Positions 38,513 to 46,726 of a stretch of 64,000 bases of DNA are shown one piece after another (the first letter of the stretch is position 1; the number at the start of each line of letters is the position of its first letter). A model generated the notes under the pieces. That model saw only the letters and a program-made list of their open reading frames with translations, had not been told where the DNA came from and ran no database searches. This DNA is from an uncultured bacterium. Its GTDB lineage: Bacteria; SAR324; NAC60-12. Where the stretch lies: NCBI GenBank assembly GCA_965662235.1, contig CBFIGY010000003.1, positions 64,001-128,000 of the forward strand. The letters run 5' to 3'. The translations under genes were made by a program, and so were the position numbers.

Positions 38513-39019
38513 GAGACGAAAAAATTCAAGAGCGTTGCCGAGAGCTTCAAACCACTGCCGGCCGGCACCCCCTTCATGAATGAAGGGAACGACGCCGTTG
38601 TGGAGCAGATTTCCAAGCAGATTGAGCAGGACGAGTTAGGAGACAACACCAAGGTCACCGTTGAGGACAAGGGAGTGGTTGTTTCCTTCAGCGCACAGGC
38701 GCTCTTTGAAAGCGAATCCACCGACCTCACCCCCAAGGCCATTCAGGAACTCACACGGTTCTCCCGCTTGGTGTTTTTGCTCCCGAACAAGCTCCAAATC
38801 GAGGGACACACGGACAACCAGCCTCTGGAGAAGTGGGACTCCGACTGGGTCCTTTCGGGGGCCCGAGCAGCCAAGGTCGCCCGGTTTTTTGTGGAAAACG
38901 GGATGGACGCTTCCAAAATCACCCCCAAGGGGTTCGGCAGCACCCGCCCCAAGTTCAGCAACGACTCCCCAACGCAGCGACGTCTCAACAACCGCGTTGA
39001 GGTCATCGTCGTTCCCTAA
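38381..39019 (+). CDS. motB: Flagellar stator B subunit, copy 2
   Basis: Same TM segment; OmpA-like domain EGHTD, W.LS.ARA, NNRVE. Confidence 0.92.
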   Translation: MGQMIDEEDCEVCVPFDQEWIFTYGDLVTLLMCFFVLLFSMCKMETKKFKSVAESFKPLPAGTPFMNEGNDAVVEQISKQIEQDELGDNTKVTVEDKGVVVSFSAQALFESESTDLTPKAIQELTRFSRLVFLLPNKLQIEGHTDNQPLEKWDSDWVLSGARAAKVARFFVENGMDASKITPKGFGSTRPKFSNDSPTQRRLNNRVEVIVVP

Positions 39020-39039
39020 GCCTCTTTCTTCTCCCTTTC

Positions 39040-40476
39040 GTGCCCCCTTCGCCCAAGCGGCTCACGGATGAGCAGCGTGCGATCCTCCATCACCGTTTTG
39101 CTCCGGAAGAGGTTGTGAAGGTGCTGGCGTTTGCTGGCACCGGGAAGACCACCACGCTTCTGCACTTCGCCCGCTCTCGCCCTTCTTGGCGCTTCCTCTA
39201 TGTAGCCTTCAACCGCTCCGTTCAGGAACACGCCGAACGCGTCTTTCCGGAACAGGTGGAGTGCCGCACCGTCCACAGCCTCGCGTGGAATGCCACGGGG
39301 TGGCGCTTCCGGCACAAGCTGGCTCCACGCCTGCACGTCAGCACCACCATGAAGGCCCTGGGCTGGAAGCAACCCGTGCAGACCCGCCTGGCCATTGAAA
39401 CCCTGCAGAACTTCCTGGTCTCCGGAGACGCACGGGTTCATAGCGGACACGTTCCCTCTACCGCTTATGTCATCTTCCGTCGGCAAACGATGCCGGATTT
39501 TGTCCACCAGGCCCGTGAGCTGTGGGTGCTGATGAGTGACCCACAGTGCCTGGAAATTCCCATGCTGCACGATGGTTACCTTAAGCTCTTTCAGCTCTCA
39601 GAACCGCGCCTGCCCTACGACTGCATCCTCTTGGATGAAGCGCAGGACACCAATCCTGTCACTGCCACCCTGATCCTCAAGCAACCGGCCTGCAAGCTGG
39701 TGGTCGGCGACCCGCACCAGGCCATCTACCAATTCCGGGGGGCTGTGGACCTGATGACGGAACTCTCTGCCCAAGCGCTCTTTCACCTCACCGCCTCCTT
39801 TCGCTTTGGCCCCAAGGTTGCCCAGGCGGCCAGCGATCTGCTCTGGACCTTCAAGGGCGAATCCGTCCGCATCCGCGGGTTCCGGGAAGGCGACCGACTT
39901 GGCCCCGTTTCTCGCGCTCACACCATCATTGCTCGGACCAATGCAGGGCTCTTTGATGAAACGGTGGAACTGCCCCGGACGACTCCACTCGGCTTCGTCG
40001 GAGGCATTTCCGGATACCGGTTTGGCCTGCTTGAAGAAACCTGGCACCTCTGGAAGGGGAACGCCCGCAAGCTCAAGGATCCGCTGCTGAAGGCCTTTGC
40101 CGATTTTCCGGAATTGAAGGATTATGCGGAGAATGTGGAGGATCACGAACTGCTCAGCCGCTGCCGGCTTGTGGAGAAGTACCAGCGGGACCTGCCGGCT
40201 CTGCTGGAGGAGTTGCAGAACCGGGTGACGGAGCCTGAAGAGGCAGAGGTTCTCTTGACCACGGCTCACAAGGCCAAGGGCTTGGAGTTTCCCAAAGTCC
40301 GCATGGCCGATGACTTCACCCCCCTCATCAAATCAGGAAAACCCTTGGGCCCGGACGACCTGGCTGTGGAAGAGGTCAACCTCTGCTACGTTGCCATGAC
40401 CCGAGCGGAGCAACGGCTTCAGCCCAACAACCGGCTTCAGAACTTCCTCAAGTGGCGCAAGGAGAAAGACGCCTAA
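39040..40476 (+). CDS. Short UvrD/REP-type SF1 helicase
   Basis: LTDEQ Q-motif, AFAGTGKTT, LDEAQD, VGDPHQAIY.FRGA, SFRFG, ARTN, TAHKAKGLEF, YVAMTRA. Confidence 0.92.
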   Translation: MPPSPKRLTDEQRAILHHRFAPEEVVKVLAFAGTGKTTTLLHFARSRPSWRFLYVAFNRSVQEHAERVFPEQVECRTVHSLAWNATGWRFRHKLAPRLHVSTTMKALGWKQPVQTRLAIETLQNFLVSGDARVHSGHVPSTAYVIFRRQTMPDFVHQARELWVLMSDPQCLEIPMLHDGYLKLFQLSEPRLPYDCILLDEAQDTNPVTATLILKQPACKLVVGDPHQAIYQFRGAVDLMTELSAQALFHLTASFRFGPKVAQAASDLLWTFKGESVRIRGFREGDRLGPVSRAHTIIARTNAGLFDETVELPRTTPLGFVGGISGYRFGLLEETWHLWKGNARKLKDPLLKAFADFPELKDYAENVEDHELLSRCRLVEKYQRDLPALLEELQNRVTEPEEAEVLLTTAHKAKGLEFPKVRMADDFTPLIKSGKPLGPDDLAVEEVNLCYVAMTRAEQRLQPNNRLQNFLKWRKEKDA

Positions 40477-42587
40477 AACTTGCTGGGGAACGACTGCGCC
40501 TGCAGGTCTTCCGGATTCGCTGCCACCACCGCTTGGAGGAACCGGTTGAAGGCCTTCAGGTACTCCAACTCGACGACAAAAACGTCTAGCAGGTAAAACC
40601 CCGTGTTGTCTGAGTAGTAACTGTCCGGAGGCGGATAACTGGACCAGTCCCGGACCACCAGCTTCAGCTCCCCGATCTCCCGGACCGACAGCTGGGCCAA
40701 CGAGCCCCTCCCCGCGCTCCGGAACCACAGGTCCGAATTCACCCGTTCGTTGTCTCCAATGGAGACGGCAACACGACCACGCAGCAGCCCCTGAGGCCCA
40801 CGGGTTCGGCACTGAGCCCCCGGACAGGTGGTCACCTTCCCGGTTCCGAACACCAGCAGAAAGTCTCCGTAATCCAGCTTCAGGTCCGTGCTCAACCAAG
40901 GACGCTGACTGCCGTTGAGTTTGATGCGGCGGTAGTCCTTCAGGTGGAAGCCCCGTTCAAACTCCGGAAACACCAGTGGATCCGGGCAATTGATGGAAAG
41001 GAAGCCACAGCCCAGGGTCTCACGGCTTTTGCGTTCGGCTTCCTGGTACAGCGCCGCAAACCGACGGTTGGTGTTGAGGTCAATCAAGGAATTCGGCGCT
41101 TCCTCGGCCACCTGTGGAGGCGAGGCGGGCGCCTGACGTTTCTTAAAGCTGATGCGAGCCTGCTTCACCTCGTCCGCCGCCCAGGAAAAGCTCTCATACT
41201 TCTGGATGAAGGCTTCAAACTTCTCATCTGAGGGATTGAACTGCAGTTCCATGTACTCAAACTGCATCCGTGCCTCAAGCTGAGAAACGCCAGACTGGCT
41301 GGAGGCCTCTGGTGAAGGCTTGGGCCGTTTGGCGGCACGCAGTTTCGCCAGCCCCTTCCGGGCAACCTGAACCTCATCGGCCGCCCAAGAAAAGCTTTCG
41401 TAGCGTGCAATGAAGGTCTCATACTTTCCCTCACTCGCTTCAAACGACAGGTCCATGTAGTCCCGCTGCATCCGCGCCTCGCGTTCGGTTGCAGGCTTGG
41501 CGGTGGCAACCGGTTGGGGAGCAGGCGGAGGAGGAGCCGGTTTGGAGGAACCCGCCTTCTGCTCCCGGCGGCGTTCCAGCATCCGGCGTTTCAGTTCCGC
41601 AACCCGGCGGAGGGAGCTCTCGGGAAAGGACTCAATGAAGAAGGCCAGGTCCTCGGGGTTGTCCGACTCCTTCACCAACTCCCAGGCCTCCTCATCCGGA
41701 CGGTACTGGCTCGGGGGTTCGCTCACCTCTGGTTCAGGCGCGGCTTTCATCCGAGCCACCGGCGCCGGTTCCGGCGGTTGCATCCGGTTGAAGTAAAAAT
41801 CACCAGTCAGAGACGAGGCGTCCCACGGAATCTGTGCGCCGTTGCTCTTCTCCTGAACATTGGCCCGGACCCGCTTAAAGATGTCCTCCAGCTTCAGGTT
41901 GGGCTGCTGAATCAGCCGTACCAGCTCGCCGGTGTAGAGGCCGTTGGAGCCATCGCCATCAGACGCCACAGAGCCCGGCGCCGTTGCATAGGAAATGAAG
42001 GTTCCGGAGGGCGCATTGAGCGTTGCCAGACCCTGAGAAGCACTCCGGAAGCTGCGGGCAAAGGGGTTGTTGCGGCAGGCATCCAGAATGACAATGTTCA
42101 TGCCATTGCGGGCGGCTTCCATCTTGGCGAGAACGCGCCCGACGTTCACAGATTCATACTCCACATCCTCCTCAGCGCTCAACCGAGCCGTAACCGGAAC
42201 CATGTAGTTTTCCCCGTCGACCTGAATGCCGTGTCCGGAGTAGTAAAACAGCCCCACGCCCCCTTCCCGGAGGGCCTTGCCAAAGTCATCAATGGCCCGC
42301 TTCATTTCCACCTGCTCGGCGTTCTCCAGCAGACGCACTTGAAAGCCGACGTTTCTCAGCGTCGCAGCCATGGAACGGGCGTCATTGAGCGGATTCTTCA
42401 GCGGCGCCGTTGTGTAGGCTTCGTTGCCAATGATGAGGGCGTGTCGGCGGTCGCTGGCAGGCTCCGGTTCCGCAACCGGTGCAATGCCTCGCTGCGTCTG
42501 TGCTCCTGCTGAAGGCACCAGCAGGCTTGCCAGCAGAGCCAGAGGAATCAGAAGGGTAAGGCTTCGTGTCAGCATGACCATTTTCAA
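40473..42587 (-). CDS. Secreted caspase-family (peptidase C14) protein with helical repeats and a C-terminal beta domain
   Basis: Signal peptide; ALIIGN..Y...PL.NP.NDA, YYSGHG, ILDACRNNP; start could be 42578. Confidence 0.92.
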   Translation of the reverse strand: MKMVMLTRSLTLLIPLALLASLLVPSAGAQTQRGIAPVAEPEPASDRRHALIIGNEAYTTAPLKNPLNDARSMAATLRNVGFQVRLLENAEQVEMKRAIDDFGKALREGGVGLFYYSGHGIQVDGENYMVPVTARLSAEEDVEYESVNVGRVLAKMEAARNGMNIVILDACRNNPFARSFRSASQGLATLNAPSGTFISYATAPGSVASDGDGSNGLYTGELVRLIQQPNLKLEDIFKRVRANVQEKSNGAQIPWDASSLTGDFYFNRMQPPEPAPVARMKAAPEPEVSEPPSQYRPDEEAWELVKESDNPEDLAFFIESFPESSLRRVAELKRRMLERRREQKAGSSKPAPPPPAPQPVATAKPATEREARMQRDYMDLSFEASEGKYETFIARYESFSWAADEVQVARKGLAKLRAAKRPKPSPEASSQSGVSQLEARMQFEYMELQFNPSDEKFEAFIQKYESFSWAADEVKQARISFKKRQAPASPPQVAEEAPNSLIDLNTNRRFAALYQEAERKSRETLGCGFLSINCPDPLVFPEFERGFHLKDYRRIKLNGSQRPWLSTDLKLDYGDFLLVFGTGKVTTCPGAQCRTRGPQGLLRGRVAVSIGDNERVNSDLWFRSAGRGSLAQLSVREIGELKLVVRDWSSYPPPDSYYSDNTGFYLLDVFVVELEYLKAFNRFLQAVVAANPEDLQAQSFPSKF

Positions 42588-42598
42588 GAGAGGATCCG

Positions 42599-43987
42599 TT
42601 ACGGGTTCAGGGTCTGGAGACGCGCCCGGGCGCGGTTGACATAAAACTGAGCGGCCTCCTGAGAAGCGTGCTGCTTGATGAACTGCCGGAGCGCCAAGGC
42701 ACTGCCACTCTGGACCGCTTGCTCATAAGCGGCTCGTGCAGCCGAGCGCTCCTCTACGGAGGGGACCGCAGCAGTGCTGTCCAGAGCCTCCGCCAGGGTT
42801 TCGGCGCGCTTGACGTAAAACGCGGCTTCAGGAACCCCTTCATACTGCCTGATGAATTTCCGGAATGCCAGCCCTGTTCCGGCATCAGCGGCACGCTCAA
42901 AGGCCTCGCGGCTCTCAGCACGACGACGCGACTCCAGACCAGCAGACGTCACCGGGTACGGCGGAGCCACTTCGACTGGTGGCTCTGCCCGCAGCGTCGC
43001 CTGTCGCTCCAACCGATTCAGCTGTAGCCGAGCGGGCTTGGCCAAAGGGCTCGTCGGAAAATGGGTCAGGAAGAAGCGGAAGTCTTCCGGATTTTGAGAA
43101 TCCTGGATCGCTTTCCACGATTCTTCATCTGCGCGAAACAGGGGCGGAGGCCGGACTTCCGGACGAACAGAATTTGTCGGGGAAGCCGCAAGGCCGGGCT
43201 GGAAGTAGAAATCTCCTGTCAGCGAAGACACATCCCATGGCACCTGGGCATTCTGGCTCTTCTGCTGCACAGAGGCCCGGACCCGTTTGAAGACTTCCTC
43301 GACCTTCAGACCTGGCGTTTCCAGGTGCCGCATGAGTTCCCCGGTGTACAGCCCGGTCTCACCGTCACCGTCCGACGCCACAGCCCCTGGAGCCGTCGCA
43401 TAGGCAATGAAGGTTCCCGAGGGCGCATTCAGCATCGCCAGGCCCTGAGAGGCGCTCCGGAAGCTGCGGGCGTAGGGGTTGTTGCGGCAGGCATCCAGAA
43501 TCACGAGGTTCATCGCATTCTGCGCCACTTCCATCTTCGCCAGCACCCGGCCCACGTCCACAGATTCATACTCCACCTCCGCCTCGCCGGTGATCTGAGC
43601 ATCAACCGGAATGAGGTAGTTCCGCCCTCCCACCTGCAAGCCGTGTCCCGAGTAGTAAAACAGCCCCACGCCCCCCTGTTTGAGCTGCCGGCCAAACTCG
43701 TCGATGGCACGCTTCATCTCCGTTTGAGACGCGTTGAGCCGGACCTCGACGGTAAACCCGACCCGACGGAGCGCCTGCGCCATCTGCTGAGCATCATTGA
43801 CCGGGTTCCGCAGCGGCGCTGAGGCGTAACGTGCATTTCCCACCACCAGCGCAAGCCGCTGCCGACTCAAGGAAGGGCCGTCTTCCGTCCGAACAATGCC
43901 CCGGGAGGTCTGTGCCTGCACGGCGCTTCCCAGCAGCAACCCGACGATCAACCACGTTAATTTCTTCACCATTGTGCCCTCCTGCAT
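42599..43987 (-). CDS. Secreted caspase-family (peptidase C14) protein with helical repeats
   Basis: Signal peptide; ALVVGN..Y...PL.NP.NDA, YYSGHG, ILDACRNNP; start could be 43972. Confidence 0.92.
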   Translation of the reverse strand: MQEGTMVKKLTWLIVGLLLGSAVQAQTSRGIVRTEDGPSLSRQRLALVVGNARYASAPLRNPVNDAQQMAQALRRVGFTVEVRLNASQTEMKRAIDEFGRQLKQGGVGLFYYSGHGLQVGGRNYLIPVDAQITGEAEVEYESVDVGRVLAKMEVAQNAMNLVILDACRNNPYARSFRSASQGLAMLNAPSGTFIAYATAPGAVASDGDGETGLYTGELMRHLETPGLKVEEVFKRVRASVQQKSQNAQVPWDVSSLTGDFYFQPGLAASPTNSVRPEVRPPPLFRADEESWKAIQDSQNPEDFRFFLTHFPTSPLAKPARLQLNRLERQATLRAEPPVEVAPPYPVTSAGLESRRRAESREAFERAADAGTGLAFRKFIRQYEGVPEAAFYVKRAETLAEALDSTAAVPSVEERSAARAAYEQAVQSGSALALRQFIKQHASQEAAQFYVNRARARLQTLNP

Positions 43988-44096
43988 CCAGGGTCCATCT
44001 GACGTTGTTTGCTTACCAAGGAGCCCGCTGCTGCACCGATCCGGACGCGTTCAGCAGAAGCCCCAGCGATGGGTTAGGGGTTAAGACGGACCATTT

Positions 44097-44642
44097 TCAG
44101 AGTTGCGACTCTGGAACCTCTGGAGACTCCGGAGTCTCTGGATCCGTTGAATCTGGGAACTGTTCCAGCCAGGGGTGCAGCTGCTGACGAATCGGTTCCG
44201 CCAGCAGCCCCTCCGCCACCGTCACCCCAGCTTGTTGAAGAATGGCCACTCCGGCACCGTTGACGCGAGGATGCGGGTCTCGGATGCCAATGACCACGCG
44301 GGTCACTCCGGAAGACGCAATCGTCTCGGCACACGCAGGGGTCCGTCCAACAAACGCACACGGCTCCAGCGTACAGTAAAGGGTGGCGCCTTCAAGCGTC
44401 TGGCCGGTTTCCTGTGCCTGCCGAATCGCGGCGGCTTCCGCGTGGTCCTCTCCGGGCGGATGCGTGTGCCCCCAGGCCAATGGCTCGCCTGCTCGGACAA
44501 TCACACAACCGACCCAGGGGTTGTCCCCGGTGGTGCCACGAGCCTGCTCAGCGTGCTCCATTGCCTGCTGCATCCACGCCGCCTCCTCGGGTGACCACGA
44601 CGTCACTTCTGGTTCCGGAACGTCGGTTAATTTCCTTTTCAT
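44097..44642 (-). CDS. Stand-alone RibD-type pyrimidine deaminase domain
   Basis: NP.VGCVIV, HAE, TLEPC....RTPAC, DPHP.V.G.G; no reductase domain; ATG at 44642. Confidence 0.8.
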   Translation of the reverse strand: MKRKLTDVPEPEVTSWSPEEAAWMQQAMEHAEQARGTTGDNPWVGCVIVRAGEPLAWGHTHPPGEDHAEAAAIRQAQETGQTLEGATLYCTLEPCAFVGRTPACAETIASSGVTRVVIGIRDPHPRVNGAGVAILQQAGVTVAEGLLAEPIRQQLHPWLEQFPDSTDPETPESPEVPESQL

Positions 44643-44756
44643 TTCAGCTTCATCTCGGAGTCGTTCTTGAAGAATCTGCAGGTATCCGCTAAAACACCAA
44701 AGGGATGACACCCCCCATTGGGCTTTTTTTCAACCTGATTCCCCCTGCATGTTGCC

Positions 44757-45767
44757 ATGCTTAGAACCATTTTTATCGCCGCCCTGATTCTCAGCGGAGT
44801 CAGCGGACTCCTCTGGTACAACCATCAAGCGCCTCAAGCGTCTCACGCAGCCCTGAGCGGAAGCCCCCTCCTTGCCAACTTTTCGGAAGCCGAGCTGGCC
44901 CGGATTCACATCCAGGGCAAGCAGGACGTCGAGCTCCGGCGGGAAACCAATGGCTGGGTCTGGAATGCGGAACACTACCCGGCCGACCCCACGGGACTCC
45001 GACAGCTGCTCCTCAAGCTCTCGGAACGTCCGGTTGGCGACCTCATCACGGACAACCCCAAGCGTGCCGCCCTCTTTGAGCTGAACGAGCCTCAGGCCAA
45101 CGCCTGGAAGGACGGAGAGGATGCCGTCCGGCTGCAGCTGCTCAAGCAAGACGGCAGCGCCTTGCTGGATGTCCTGCTCGGAAAGAACCAGACGGATGCC
45201 AACGGACAGTACATCCGGCTTGCGTCGTCTTCTGAAATCTACGTCTACCCTGAAAAACTCCCGGTTGCTGACAACCCACAGGAGTGGCTGGACCGCCAGC
45301 TGCTCAGCTTCCCCGGAGGCCTCGTCAAGGAGCTGACTTTTACCACACCAGACAAGGACATCCTCCCCCTCCTGAAGGTCAACGGCCAGTGGACTCTGGC
45401 GGGGACCGAGCAAAAGATTAACCAGCAGACCGTCCAAAATGCCGTCTCCACGCTGGCGTCCCTTGAGTTTGCCGAGCTGCTTCCCCGGGACACCCCTGAG
45501 GCTTCCCTGAACCTCGACCGGGCCAGTGAGATTGTCGCGGAGCTAGAAGACGGGCGCTCCTTCCTGCTGACCTTAGCGGAAAAGGAGATGGACAGCGGCA
45601 ACCATGCGGTTCGCCTGAGCCTAGCGCTGGGGGCAACAGACAATGCCACCCTCAGCCAGTCGGTTCAAACCCTCCAGCAGCGCCTCTCCGGACGTCCCTT
45701 CACCCTGAAGTCCTGGGACGCCAACGACCTCCTTCAGACGCGGGATGACCTTTTGGAGAAGCCATGA
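44757..45767 (+). CDS. DUF4340-like membrane-anchored protein
   Basis: N-terminal TM; W...YPAD...L..LL, LLGK....GQY.R, WLDR.LL pattern with internal duplication. Confidence 0.7.
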   Translation: MLRTIFIAALILSGVSGLLWYNHQAPQASHAALSGSPLLANFSEAELARIHIQGKQDVELRRETNGWVWNAEHYPADPTGLRQLLLKLSERPVGDLITDNPKRAALFELNEPQANAWKDGEDAVRLQLLKQDGSALLDVLLGKNQTDANGQYIRLASSSEIYVYPEKLPVADNPQEWLDRQLLSFPGGLVKELTFTTPDKDILPLLKVNGQWTLAGTEQKINQQTVQNAVSTLASLEFAELLPRDTPEASLNLDRASEIVAELEDGRSFLLTLAEKEMDSGNHAVRLSLALGATDNATLSQSVQTLQQRLSGRPFTLKSWDANDLLQTRDDLLEKP

Positions 45768-46720
45768 CCCTGCGCATGTCGGAAAGCTACACGGAGCTGT
45801 CCTTCCACTACATGCAGCTTAACGGAAAGCCCGAGACGCTGCTGGAGTTTCTGCTCCGTCGCTTCCGGTACCTAGATGAGCAGGAGTGGCGTAACAACAT
45901 CGAGGAAGGGCGCCTCATTCTGGACGGCAAGGTGGCTCGTCCCGAATGGGTCCTTCGCAATCATCAAAAAGTCCTCTACCGGCGTCCGGACTTCATGGAG
46001 CCTCCGGTGGATCCTTACTTTGAGGTGGTCTATGAGGATGACGACCTGATTGCGCTCAACAAATCCGGCGACCTTCCCACCAGTCCGTCGGGCAAGTACT
46101 TCAAGCACACCCTCGTTCATCAGGTCAAGGAGCGGTTCGGGTGGGAGAAGCTCTACACCCTCCACCGGCTGGACCGTGAAACCAGTGGTCTGATCCTCTT
46201 TGCCAAACGCCACGAAGTGGCCCAGCTGATGGCCGGTCTCTTCCGCACCCAGCAGGTCCGGAAGACCTACCTTGCCATTCTGCAGCACCCGCTTCCGGAG
46301 CCTGACGTGTTTGTCTCGCTCCCGATTGGTCCGAGCGGCAGTGAGATCCGCATCAAGCAGGGCGTCACGCCGCTCGGCAAGCCGAGTCAGACCTGGTTTC
46401 ATCAACGGGAATCGCTGGAGGCCGGGGTGCTTGTCGAAGTCCGCCCCCTCACCGGCCGGACGCACCAAATCCGAGTGCACGCCAGCTACCTAGGCAGCCC
46501 CATTGTTGGGGACAAGCTCTATGGGCTCCCGGAAGCCGGTTTTCTGGCGTGGCTGGAACATGGAGACTCCGCCCTGGCGCCTTATCACTTTCCGCGACAC
46601 CGTCAGTTGCTTCATGCCTGGAAGGTTCACTTTCAGCACCCCATCACGCATCAACCATTGACTCTTTGTGCAGATGAAGAGATTCTTCTGCGCGAGATGA
46701 ACACCTTTTTACCGGCCTGA
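45764..46720 (+). CDS. RluA-family pseudouridine synthase
   Basis: HRLDRETSG, TGRTHQIRVH, PIVGDKLYG, QLLHA. Confidence 0.93.
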   Translation: MTLRMSESYTELSFHYMQLNGKPETLLEFLLRRFRYLDEQEWRNNIEEGRLILDGKVARPEWVLRNHQKVLYRRPDFMEPPVDPYFEVVYEDDDLIALNKSGDLPTSPSGKYFKHTLVHQVKERFGWEKLYTLHRLDRETSGLILFAKRHEVAQLMAGLFRTQQVRKTYLAILQHPLPEPDVFVSLPIGPSGSEIRIKQGVTPLGKPSQTWFHQRESLEAGVLVEVRPLTGRTHQIRVHASYLGSPIVGDKLYGLPEAGFLAWLEHGDSALAPYHFPRHRQLLHAWKVHFQHPITHQPLTLCADEEILLREMNTFLPA

Positions 46721-46726
46721 GGCTTC

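Noticed and set aside
39040..44642. Helicase, caspases and deaminase as an anti-phage island
   Set aside because: The caspases have signal peptides, the helicase is convergent and belongs to another transcription unit, and no effector, sensor or mobility genes or obvious composition shift are seen.
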